Of a stretch of DNA of 64,000 nucleotides, positions 35,800-47,924 are shown one piece after another (position 1 is the stretch's first letter; each line of letters begins with the position of its first letter). The notes under the pieces were generated by a model, which saw only the letters and a list, made by a program, of their open reading frames with translations, had not been told where the DNA came from and did not search any database. The translations under genes were made by a program, and so were the position numbers. The DNA comes from Dipteris shenzhenensis (lineage: Eukaryota), in assembly GCA_047967505.1 (NCBI GenBank), contig CM106538.1. The stretch is one strand, 5' to 3'.

Positions 35800-38700
35800 A
35801 AGAAGACTCTTGCAGCTAAAAACTGATCAACCAAGGCGTTAGGCAAGGCATCCAACCTACTACTCAACCAAGGCGTTAGACAAGGCATCCCAACTACTAC
35901 TCTTGCAGCTTAAACTGCTCAACTAAGGTGTTAGACAAGGCATCCCAGCTACTACTCTCTATCAGAGGTAGAGACCTGTACAAAATAAGTGCACTATCTA
36001 TGAGTACAATGGACAGCAACAATGATGAGCAAGAGTGAGAGTGAGCAAACGTAAGTGTACTGAATATTAGACTGAAATACAGTGAAGTACAAAGAGAAAG
36101 TGAGGGGTTTTGTTTAAGTGACAAAACCCTATCCTATCCACTAACCGTAGTTAGAGATTGGACTGTGGTTAGGGGGGAAAACCTCAACGCCCCCCTGCAG
36201 TGCCAATGTGGTATACAAGGTAGCGATCAATCACCAAAAGGAGATAAGTTTAGGGCACTACGAAATGCCTAAATCTTCACATCGAAGTGCTTTCCTGAAG
36301 ATGTCTGCAACATTGTCATGTGTTGACACATAGATCATATTGATCTCCTCTCCCTTGCATGCAACTTCTCTCCCAGATAATGATAATGAACCTCAATGTG
36401 CTTCGTGCGAGCATGAAACACAGGATTCTTTGCCACTGCTATAGCACTCTGACTATCAGTGAGAATTGAAGAAGGACCCTCCAATAAGAGACAAAGATCA
36501 GCGAACAAACGACCCAACCAAACACAATCAACTGTCACTGTGAAAGCTGCCCTGTACTCAGCTTCACATGAGGAAGTAACCACTGTAGATTGCTTCTTGC
36601 TCAACCAAGAAATGCAAGCTTTGCCCAAAAAGAAACAATTACCACTAGTGGACTGCCTAGTATCATAGTCTCCAGCCCAATCTGAATCATTGTCTATCAG
36701 GCAGGGCCTTCATCTGCGATGTTGTTAGCCGTACAGCTCGTTGCTATACTGTATGGTTCGCCGTACAGTTCCGTACCAGTTCCTACATCAGATTCCGGCA
36801 AGAGCAAGAGCTTCTGGACACTGAGTTTGCTAATGACACGGCACTGACAGTCAGAGGAGATGCATATAGTCTTGCTACTGCTACGGACTCAATTGACAAG
36901 TTCTGCCTAGCTTCAGGGGGACTTGTCAATTGGAACAAATCAAAAGGCATCTGGACTGGAGCTCAGCAGGATACCCCAGCATGGGGAGGAGACAAAGGCT
37001 TTGTGTGGATACCCAGAGGCACCTCCACGAGATATCTAGGCTTCCAAGTTGGTATTGAGGTGTCCCCGACGCAACAGTTTGCCCCAGTTCTTGAGAGTAT
37101 CCAAAGGAAGCTAGCCTACTGGAGTACGGCTAGACTTTCTTTGGCTGGAAGAGCGCTAGTACTCAACCAGGTTCTACTAGCGACTATGTGGTACGTTGCG
37201 TCATGTTGGTGCTTTCATGCTGACTCGATTCGCCAAGTGAGTGGTGGTGATGGTTCTGAGGACACTAGGGCCAGAGTTTCATGAGATACTATCACTTTAC
37301 ACTCCTCGCAGGGAGGACTTGGGGCTCTTGATCCGGAGATGCAGAGCAGAGCCCTTTTAGTCAAACTTCTTGTTAGAGGTTTGACTCCAAGAGATCAGCC
37401 GTGGAAGCGGTTCCTACTCCATGGGATTCACCAGTGCACCCCCAAAGCAGCAGGCCAGTGGGTAGGTAGAGTCAGTTGGATCTTCCTGGCGGACCAGCAT
37501 TCTCAGCCTTCCTCACCACTGGTAAAAAGGCTTATTCAGATCTGGGACCATTTTCGACAGCACCTCATCAGAGCAGTTCCCTCCTCCAGAGAGAAAATTG
37601 CCCGACAACCACTTTACCATAACCCCCTGGTTCGGTATCAGGGATCTTCCCCTGGTACAGAACTTAGGACTCCCTTGGCTAGATGGCATGCTCAGGGGGT
37701 TGTGACAGTTGGAGATTGGTTCAGGGGAGGTGTGGAGATGTCAAAGGAGGTGATCAGAGATAGACACGGGCCACTTCGACAAATTGCTGCCACCAAATTA
37801 CTAATCATGAGAGCTATTCCTCAGCAGTGGAGGGATATACTCACAGATCCAGCCTATGTTCACCCCATCTCTACTTGGTCAGGTTGTTTTAGTGAGGCTG
37901 GGCTATGCATCGGAGTTCGTTTAGGACCGGCACCGTTTATCTATTTTGAGGTGGACTCCTCTCACAGATTGTATCCCGCTCAGCCCCTGGATCGGCAGGA
38001 GCTCCTTTGGCAGAGAGTCAGGGTCATTGGTTGCCTGGGTAAGGAATGGGCCACAGATCCTTCCAGGTTGACCATTGCAGAGGATACTAGAAGGAGACTT
38101 TGGATTTTTCAGGATCGACCTCTTGCGGAGCTTGACTGGGACCCAAGTGAGTGGGCATGGCCTGCTCCAGTGGCAGGCGATCGTCCTCTTTCCTTTTTCC
38201 AGTACTCGACGAGGGTAGGTTACAGGCTTCAGCAGAGAGACTCTCATCACCAACCATCTGCCTCCCAGCATTGGCGCGCATAGGGACTTACTGCAAAGCT
38301 CTTGCTGAGCTACTGGACTCACTTTTGGGGCATCAGTAGAGCTAGGAAAGTCTCCTACTTTCTTTAGCTCACTATACATAGAGGCATACCTGTGGGTACT
38401 TGGCTTCAGCAGATGGGTAGACCCTCCTTGTGTATGCGTTGTCAGCTTGCAGAGGAATCTAGCAAGCATTGTTTATGGAGCTGCCCCAGCTCTAGAGTGG
38501 TCTGGACAGGTATCTTCAGGTTGTTCTCACATGTTACATCCAAGTCCTTTCTCATGATGTGGGGCGCTGCCCTTTGAGGGAGAGGATCTGGAGCCTTTAG
38601 TCTCTTTGAGTCAGAGCCAGGAGACCACGGTTTCTTCATGCAGCGTCGCTAGAGACAGGGTTCCACAGAGGCCAGCATCATGGAGCCACAGGATTTGCTT

Positions 38701-39545
38701 TTGGTACCTGTACCAGCTCAAGATTCCCTGCCTACTTCAGCTGCAGGGTCAGCCTGGGAGGTCATTTCCAGCATTACCCTATGGTGGATATGGTGTTCGC
38801 GATGTTCTTTTGTCCTTGGGAGCCATTTATGCACGGAGGCTGACACTCGCTTCCATTTGGATGGAGATTATCTTCACTCTCAGGAGTCAGTGAGAGCGGT
38901 GTACAGGCACCACTTTGGCAGCTCGTGGGACACTTATATCCTTCATGAGGACATGGGACTGCTCCTTGTTTTTTCATTTGACCCCTTTTGGGATGTCGTG
39001 GCATTTTAGACCACCACCATGGCTTTTTTGCCACATTGTTGAGGCTAGGAATAGAGTACTTTCTCTCCCACCTGTTGTATGATTTGTTTTGAATGGAATA
39101 TATCACTCTTTTACTCGAAAATCTGAATCACTGTAAGCATCCATCTGCAAGTCACCCCCTGGGAAACAACAAGCCATAAGACTTTGTGCTTTGCAAATAA
39201 CGGAAGATGCATTTTACAGCCTACCAATATGTTGTCTTTGGGCTGTGCATATATCTCCTCACGTACTGCATACTGAATATCGGGCCGTGTATTGCACAAA
39301 TAAATGAGGCATCCAACAGCCTGGCTGTAAAGTGTGACATCCACTGATTCACCTGCATCATAGATAGTAAGCTTCAGCCCCGGCTCCATGGGAGTGGCTA
39401 TAGGCTTACAAGCATGCATGTTGAACCTATCCAAGAGCTTCTGCACATACTTGGATTGAGACATAACGATGCCATGCTTGTCTTGTATAAACTGGATCCC
39501 CAAATAAATATTTGACATGCCCAAATCTGTTGTTATGCATATCAG
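35800..39545 (-). mobile_element. Copia 3' portion (RT end, RNase H, PPT, LTR), split by an L1
   Basis: RT at 39121-39545 (TRPDIQYAV). RNase H at 36250-36689 (SSCEAEY, TKHIEVHYHY). PPT near 36189-36198. Left boundary approximate. Confidence 0.8.
36690..39119 (+). mobile_element. 5'-truncated L1-clade LINE (RT C-terminal half and zinc finger)
   Basis: TSD AATCTGAATCA at 36679-36689 and 39120-39130. The protein is homologous to 8100-10470 (YLGFQVG, QQFAPVLESI, CMRC...HCLWSC). Confidence 0.92.
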
Positions 39546-42500
39546 TGTTGGGGGAAACACCTAGATGCTTTATGTGACCAGTGGAGCTTTGGGAAAGCGG
39601 TGTATGCACTAAAATCTTCAAAAATTGGCTTCCAGTCAAGGGGCTTTTGCCTCATTCAAGTTCTAAACTGTGTAACACAGTTATAGAGGCAAGAGAAAGT
39701 CTAATTCTGACAGTTTTGGACAGTTATACAGTCAATTTCTGTTGCTGTACTAGAAAGTACAGTCAGGTACTGTCCGGAGTCAACTTTTGGACTGTAAACA
39801 GTCACTTTACTGAAGTTTAAAGTGCATAAAATAGTGCTGTTTTCACTGTTACAGCAGGGACATACATTGTGTCAAATAAAGGTACTGCTGTACTGTACTA
39901 CAGAGCATCAATTAATGCATTAAGTATTGCTGTTCTGGATCTGCAGCAGGCAGGAAACAGACAGTATTTACTGTTAAGTGGGAGAAAGTTGCAGGTCCTG
40001 TGTTCCATTGCAGGAATTAACTTTTGAGCACAACTACAAGTGCATCTGTGCACTTAGTTTGCAGGGAGTCAGGCACCCAAGTGTGGGTTATATTTCTTGC
40101 TGATTGTAATGGCTTCATCCTCGGAATCTTCTCTTCTCAATATTAAAAAGTTGCAGGGTGCTGCTAACTACCCCATATGGAAAAAGATGGTCCTGAATGT
40201 GCTAATTCTCAGGCAGTTTCATGCTCCTATTATACACAAAGGTGTGAAGCCCACTGGCACAACTGATGATGCTTGGGCACTAGCTGATCTGTCAGCAAAG
40301 TCCATAATTGAATTGTCACTCCATGAGAGTGTTGTTTGGAATGTGGATGGTGAAAAAACAGCCTCGGGTGTGTGGAAAAAGCTACAGGACACATATGAGC
40401 AGCAAAGTGTAGCCACAAAGATATATTGGTTGCGCAAGTTCTTCAATCTGAAGATGAAGGAAGGGACCTCCATATATGCACATCTAAATGAGTTTAATTT
40501 AATTGTCACTCAACTTGCAAATCAAAAATATGTGGTGGATGAGGAAACCAAGGGTATGGCACTCTTGATCTCTCTTCCTGAAAGTTGGGATACATTCACC
40601 ACAGCTGTAACAAATGCAAATACTTTCATAAGTTTTTCAGATATCACAGGGCTGATTTTGCAAGAAGAGCAGAAGCTGAAAGCTCAAGATGCAGTAAAGC
40701 CTAACAATGCCTTAAATGCAAGGGGGAGAAGTCAGCAAAGAGGCAAATCTCAAGAAAGGGGAAAAGGGAGGAGCAAGTCCCGCTCCAACAAAGATGTTGA
40801 GTGCTACTACTGTGAAAAAAAGGGACATACCAAAAAGCAGTGCTTTAAACTGAAAAATGATAAGAGAGACAAAGCCAAAAACACTGATGCGTCAGATGCA
40901 AAAGCAATTGTACCAGTAAGCAATGGCAAGAGCAGTGTGAAGATTGAAGAGCTTCATTCTACACATGGTTATGACAGTGAGGGAGAGGTTCTATTTCTCT
41001 CTACTTTGGATGCTCATTCTCTCCATGCAGGAGATTTTGCAGACATGCACTCTTGGATCATTGACTCAGGTGCCTCATTCCATGTTACACCTTACAAAGA
41101 ATTGTTTGTAAGGTATGCAGCAGGCAGTAATGGAGTCGTTTTTCTAGGGGATAATCATGCATGCAGTATTGTCGGTGTTGGAGATGTCAGGCTTGTATTT
41201 GCTGATGGTACTCAGCTTATGCTTCACAATGTCAGGCATGTACCCGAAGTCAAGAAAAATCTGATTTCTACTGGCATGTTGGATGACGAAGGTTTTGTGA
41301 CCAGCTTTGGTCATGGTTTCTGGAAGGTCACCAAAGGTGCCCTGGTTGTTGCCAGAGGCTCTAAGGTTGACACAATGTATACTCTCCATGCTAAAGTATG
41401 TAATCATGCTGATATTCATGCCACCGAGCTGCCGAATATTTCTATGTAGCATAGCCCGATGGGACATATGAGCATAAGTGGAATGGAGCAATTGGCTCGC
41501 CTTGGCTACTTACCGTCTCTTAAATTTTCTGATTTAAAGTTTTGTGAGCACTGCATATATGGTAGACAGTTACAGTATCCTCATAAAAGGAGATTAAGAC
41601 ATAAAGATGCTCAACTTGAGCTTGTGCATACAGACGTGTGTGAGATGCCTAGTCCTTCACTTGGAGGTGCACGGTACTTTGTCACATTTATAGATGATTC
41701 CACAAGGAAGGTGTGGGTGTATCCTCTTCGATTGAAGAGTGATGTCTTTCCAGTGTTCCAGAAATGGCTTGCTATGGTTGAGAACCAAACAGGCAGAACA
41801 CTGAAGGCTTTGCGGTCAGATAACGGTGGGGAGTATATGTCTAATGCATTCAATGCATTTTGTGATGCTAGAGGTATTAAAAGAGAACTCACTGCTCCTT
41901 ACAGTCCAGCGCAAAATGGCACTGCAGAGCGTATGAATAGAACCATACAGGAAAAGTCCCGCTCTATGATGTCACATGCTGCTTTACCTCATGGATTTTG
42001 GGCTGAGGCTGTAAAAACAGCAGTACACCTCATCAATAGGTCACCAAATAAAAGACTAGATGGCAGAGTGCCAGAGGAGCTTTGGACAGGAAAACCTCCT
42101 TCCTATAAGCACTTGAGGGTCTTTGGCTGCACTGCGTACGTGCATATACGCAGAGAAGATTGCAGCAAGCTTGATCCTAAGTCTCTTAAATGCATTTTTC
42201 TTGGATATGGTGATAGTGGTGAGATGGGTTACCGCCTATGGGATCCTGTGAATAAGAAACTAATACGCAGCAATGATGTCTTATTTGATGAGTCATGTAT
42301 GTTTAAGGCAGCAGATAAGCCTTCTGATGCTTCAGAGGTTGACATTGATGACTCGGGACATCCTGTACAATTCAGGCAGGCTGCGAATCAGCCACAACAG
42401 CAGCGTAATCAGCCAATGCATGATGCTGCAGCAGGTCCAAATGGACAGCCCGCAGTGGCGGAAGATGTACTACGGGACATGCCACCTTTGGAAGACCTCC

Positions 42501-44480
42501 CAGGCATAATTCTGCAGCCTGATCGACTGGAACAGCCACCTGTTTTAGGTGAGCAGCAAGTTGGACAGCAAGACCAATGGGTCCGAAGGTCCACTCGACA
42601 AATGAAACCGCCAGACAGATTTATTCCAGGAGCAGATTTTATTATGCTTACAGACTGTGGAGAACCTTCCTGTTACAAGGAAGCCGTGCAAATGCATGAT
42701 AAAAGGCTATGGGAACTAGCCATGAAGTCTGAAATGGACAGTCTCCATAAAAATGGTACTTGGGAATTGGTGCAGTTGCCTAAGGAAATGAAAGTACTGC
42801 CATGCAAGTCGGTGTATAGATTGAAAGTCACACTTGGAGCTAAGCCAAGGTATAAAGCCAGGTTGGTCGCCAAGGGCTTTAAGCAGGAGTATGGTGTCGA
42901 TTTTGATGAGATCTTTTCTCCAGTGGTTAAGATGACCACACTCAGGATTGTACTTGCTTTGGTTGCATGTGAGAATTTGGAATTATGCCAAATGGATGTG
43001 AAGACAGCCTTTCTTCACGGTGATCTTCATGAGGAGATCTACATGCAGCAGCCAGAAGGATTTGCAGTCAAGGGCAAGGAGTCACTTATATGCAAGCTTA
43101 AAAAGAGCCTTTACGGGCTGAAACAGGCACCAAGGGAATGGTATAAGAAATTTGATACCTTCATGAAGTCCCAAGGTTTCAGGAGAAGTGACGACGATCA
43201 CTGCTTATATACCAAAAGGGCTGTAAATGGCAGCTTAATCATTCTCATTTTATATGTGGATGACATGCTTATTGCTGGTAAAGCTCGTAAGGAGCTTGAT
43301 GACCTTAAGAAAAGATTGCATGAGGCCTTTGATATGAAGGACCTTGGTGATGCAAATCACATACTGGGAATGCGGATACGGAGAGACAGAGGACAGCATT
43401 TGTTGTATTTGTCTCAGACCGAATATATTGGCAAAGTATTGCACAGGTTTCATATGGAGGGGGGGAAGACCCTTAGTTCTCCATTGCCTCCATATGTGAA
43501 ACTCAGTGCAATGGACAGCCCACACTCAGATGCTGATAGGGCTGAAATGGCCAAGATTCCGTATGCTTCAGCTTGTGGCAGTCTCATGTATGCCATGGTT
43601 GCTACCAGACCTGATATTGCATTTGCAGTGGGAGTGGTTAGCAGATATATGGCAAATCCAGGCAAGAAGCATTGGAATGCAGTGAAAGGTATCATGAGAT
43701 ACCTGAAGGGCACACAGGAGTTGTGCATATGCTTTGGCAAGCGAGATGCAAAGGTGCATGGTTATGTGGATTCAGATTTTGCTGGTCATCCAGATAACCG
43801 GAAGTCTACTACCGGTTATGTTTATACATTCACTGGAGGTGCAGTGTCATGGATGTCAAGGATGCAGCAGTGCATAGCCTTGTCTACCACGGAAGCTGAA
43901 TATATTGCAGCCACAGAGGCATGCAAGGAGGCCTTATGGTTATCTCGGCTAGTGGGAGACTTGGGCATTACAGGTGATATTCCATTGTTGCATTGTGACA
44001 GTCAGAGTGCTATTCAGTTGGCACACAATCCTGTCTTTCATGCAAAGACAAAGCACATTGATGTGAAGTATCACTTCATCAGGGAGGTAATAGATGATAA
44101 GCTGATTCAGCTTGTCAAGATTCACACAGATGATAATCCAGCAGATCTGTTGACAAAAGGCTTGCCTGCAGAGCGGTTTGCACATTGCCGACAGTTGATG
44201 GGTATAGGTTGAGCCTCATTTATTTTTACTTAAGGGCATATTGCCTTTAAGTGGGAGGTTGTTGGGGTAAAGGCACTATGGCCACCCAAGTACAGTTAGT
44301 ACTTTTATTTGTTAAGTACACTAAGTACGGTGTACTTAGTGTTGTAACCTTATCCTTTCATATAAAAGGTTGACTGTGTGCTAGGGGAGGTATACACATA
44401 CTTTCAATTATCCCCACACTCCCTGTGTTGTGTGTGTGTCAATGTGCTCTACTCTACTTCTCAGCTCACTCTCTCTCTCT
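39546..44480 (+). mobile_element. Near-intact Ty1/Copia element (Tnt1/Tork-like by motif) with incomplete, unmatched LTRs
   Basis: Complete gag-pol domain order. PPT AAGTGGGAGG at 44249-44258. The 3' LTR starts TGTTGGGG at 44260. Confidence 0.92.
40109..44212 (+). pseudogene. Copia Gag-PR-IN-RT-RNase H polyprotein with a single in-frame stop at 41447
   Basis: CYYCEKKGHTKKQC, WIIDSGASFH, VHTDV, RSDNGGEY, QNGTAER, LYVDD, YVDSDFAG and TKHIDVKYHFIRE. Both ORFs are in the same frame. Confidence 0.95.
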
Positions 44481-45897
44481 CATCTGCCTTCCTGCATAAG
44501 TACTCCACCAACACTGTTGCCGCTTGCAAAAGGCTTTCGCAAGTCTAGCAAAATGATAACAAGATCAGAGCATAGCTTTTCTTTCAGCTCATTGAATGCT
44601 ACAATTTCTTTCTTCCCCCAATAGAAAGGCACTGCCTTCTTCTGCAAAGCATGTAAGGGTGAAGCTATCTCAGCAAAATGGCGTATGAAGCACCTGTAGT
44701 ATGAACACAAGCCAAGAAAACTACAGGCTTCATGTAGGTTCTTCAATGGAGGCCAATTCTTAATTGCCTCTATCTTGGCAAGGTCCACCATCCTTACTCC
44801 ATCCCGTTAGATGATGTGTCCCTAGAAATGGATCTCTAGCATGAAGAACTCACTCTTTTTAGTGTTGACCAGCAACTCGTGTTTCCTGAGCTCTACAAAT
44901 ACAATTGCCAAGTGTTGCCTATGCTCCTCTTCATCTTTCAAGTACACAATAATGTCATCAAAGAATGTACCCACAAACTTTTTGTGCTCTCTGAAAATGC
45001 GATCCATCATGCGATTGAAGATAGCAGAAGCATTAGTCACACCAAACGGCATGACAAGAAACTCATAAAGCCCAAAAGTAGTCATGAAGGCAGTCTTGTG
45101 TACATCTTTGGGCCTAATTCGTATCTAATGGCAACCACTCTTCAAGTCAATGCGACTGAAGATGGCTGATCCCTCTAATCGATCCAAGATGTCATCAATG
45201 CATGGAATAGGAAATCAATTCTTGATAGAGATCTTATTCAAAGCCCTATAGTCAATACACATTCTCCAAGATCCATCCTTCTTCTGCACAAGTAGCATGG
45301 GGGAACAATATGGAGAAGAGATTGGCTGAATCAGCCCCTTCTGTAGCAATTCATTCACCTGACACATGATCTCCTCCCACTGTGCCACACTCACCCTGTA
45401 TGGTGGTCAATTCGGTGGAGAGCTGCCAAGAATGATGTCAATGGTATGATCTTCTGGCCTCTGGGAGTTCACAATCTCGAAACTGAAATAAACACTCAGT
45501 TTGCTGTTTTTCCAGCTTGGAGAAATTAGGTTCATCCTCTACTGGTTCCTTTTCTTTTACAAATATCAAATACGTTGAAAGATGCTTTTTCATTATGGAA
45601 GAAATCGCCGAAGCGGATACAACTGGGACTGATTCCCCTTTCATGTTTACATCTATGACTTGGGTTTTACCCCTTTATGTCAAGGTAAGCTTCTTTTCAT
45701 GTGTATCAATGATAGCATGAACACGGTATATCCCCAGCAAAACATCACACTCAGGTAAAGGCATCACATAAAAATCTTCATAATCCACATATCCCTAAAG
45801 CTTCTCTATGATAGGAGTGGCAGGGGTACTAGGCTCCGGATTAGCCCTGTTGGCCTGATAAAGAGGGCCAATCTCCTTTGGTCGAAGTCCCAACTAA
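44481..45897 (-). mobile_element. Ty3/Gypsy pol fragment (protease end, RT, RNase H start)
   Basis: FGLYEFLVMPFGVTNA, FFDDI, SFLGLCSYY and SVGGVLMQEGR; degenerate. Confidence 0.9.
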
Positions 45898-47535
45898 GCT
45901 GATGACGTTAGTGGGGATGTCATAGTAGCTAGTCCCTGCTATGCGTGATGGAGTTTATGGTTTTCAATCTTATGACTATCGTGAGATTGAAACTGCACTA
46001 TGTTGTATTTTTGGAGGATGAGTTTGGGAATGTTCCTGGATTCATCTAGGTAAATGCTTCTACCAATAGAGATTTTCTATCGGCACTCCGGAGGTGAAGG
46101 GCACACTCAGCCATGATCAAAGAAGAAGGCTAATCAAAAAGTAGTCCAAAAACTCTTCATTCAAGCTACAACTGCTTGTGAAGTCTAAACGATTTCATTT
46201 TGGTCTCTCCCAAAAACGAGCATCTAAATCTAGCTGATAGGACAACGCACCATTTAAGATAGAAAGAATTATCGCAATACCAACAAGCCGCAACTTGGAC
46301 GAAAACTTCACAAGGTAAAATTTGCATGTCTACTAATACAACAGAAGCATATACCTAGATGAATCCAAAAACATTCCCAAACTCCTCCTCTAAAAAAACA
46401 ACATAGTGCAGTTTCAATCTCACGATAGTCACTCATAAGATTGAAAACCATAAACTCCATCACGCATAGCAAGAACTAGCTACTATGACATCCCCACTGA
46501 CGTCATCAGCGCCCAACATTGAGTGTAAACCATGGTATAAAAATATGCTCTCACACATACACATCCACAACCCACACATACTTGAGCATCCATTTATACA
46601 AAGTCTTCCTACTGAGTTTCTGTCGGCACTCCGGAGGTGAAGGGCACACTCAGCCATGACGAAGGCTAGCACTAAAGGAGAAGGCTAATCAAAAAATAGT
46701 CCAAAAACTCTTCATTCAAGCTACAACTGCTTGTGAAGTCTAAACGATTTCATTTTAGTCTCTCCCAAACGAGCATCTAAATGTAGCTAATAGGGCAACG
46801 CATCATTTAAGATAGAAAGAATTATCGCAATACCAACAAGCCGCAACTTGGACGACAACTTCACAAGGTGAAATTTGCATGTCCGCTAATACAGCAGAAG
46901 CATATACCTAGATGAATCCAAGAACATTCCCAAACTCATCCTCTAAAAATACAACATAGTGCAGTTTCAATCTCACGATAGTCACTCACAAGCAGGGACT
47001 AGCTACTATGACATCCCCACTGACGTCATCGGCGCCCAACAATGGGTGTAGACCATAGTATAATAATATGCTCTCACACATACACATCCACACACCCACA
47101 CATACTTGAGCATCCATTTATACAAAGTCTTCGTATTGAGTTTCTATCGGCACTCCGGAGGTGAAGGGCACACTCAGCCATGACGAAGGCTAGCACTAAA
47201 GGAGAAGGCTAATCAAAAAATAGTCCAAAAACTCTTCATTCAAGCTACAGCTACTTGTGAAGTCTAAACGATTTCATTTTAGTCTCTCCCAAACGAGCAT
47301 CTAAATCTAGCTGATAGGGCAACGCACCATTTAAGATAGAAAGAATTATCGCAATACCAGCAGGCCGCAACTTGGACAAAAACTTCACAAGGTGAAATTT
47401 GCATGTCCACTAATACGGCAAAAGCATATACCTAGATGAATCCACGAACATTCCCAAACTCATCCTCTAAAAATACAACATAGTGCAATTTCAATCTCAC
47501 GATAGTCACTCATAAGATTGAAAACCATAAACTCC
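45898..47535. repeat. Tandem repeat of ~530-bp units (about 2.7 copies) preceded by an inverted partial copy
   Basis: CGGCACTCCGGAGG occurs at 46081, 46624 and 47148 (periods 543 and 524). 45901-46052 is the reverse complement of about 46352-46507. Confidence 0.95.
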
Positions 47536-47924
47536 GCCATCACTTTGGGTGCTTTCTGTGATGGCACTCGCTTAATTAGCTTCTTGAATTTTGCATGATG
47601 TCATGAGGTGGCCCTGTGTTCTTTGTCCATTGCATGGGTGGGTACACTTTTGTATGCCATAATTGGCCGAATTGAAGGGTTGTTTCTCAAAAAGATTTTA
47701 CCTTTTTCTATTAAGCTACTCAATAATGATGTGCCCTTGTAGATATGCTAGCCATTCTGCAATGGGAAACGCTCGCGAAACCTGCAAATCCTTGAAAAAC
47801 ACAGCAACACTTTTCGAAAATATGCACAAACTCTCAAAACTCACAAACGAAAGAGACAGAACAAGCGTGCTGGGTACAATCTCCCCCCATAGGAGTGGTG
47901 CTCTCCTTCCACCTCCTATGTATT

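Noticed and set aside
41447-41449. Programmed stop-codon readthrough in the Copia polyprotein
   Set aside because: The TAG replaces the conserved Trp of the WHxRxGH motif (TGG to TAG) and lacks a CARYYA context. Like the L1 stops, it fits methylation-driven transition.
45898-47535. Hammerhead ribozyme, snoRNA or tRNA in the tandem unit
   Set aside because: CTGATGA is present but is not followed by stem II plus GAAA, and it is mutated in one copy. No cloverleaf or convincing C/D pair was found.
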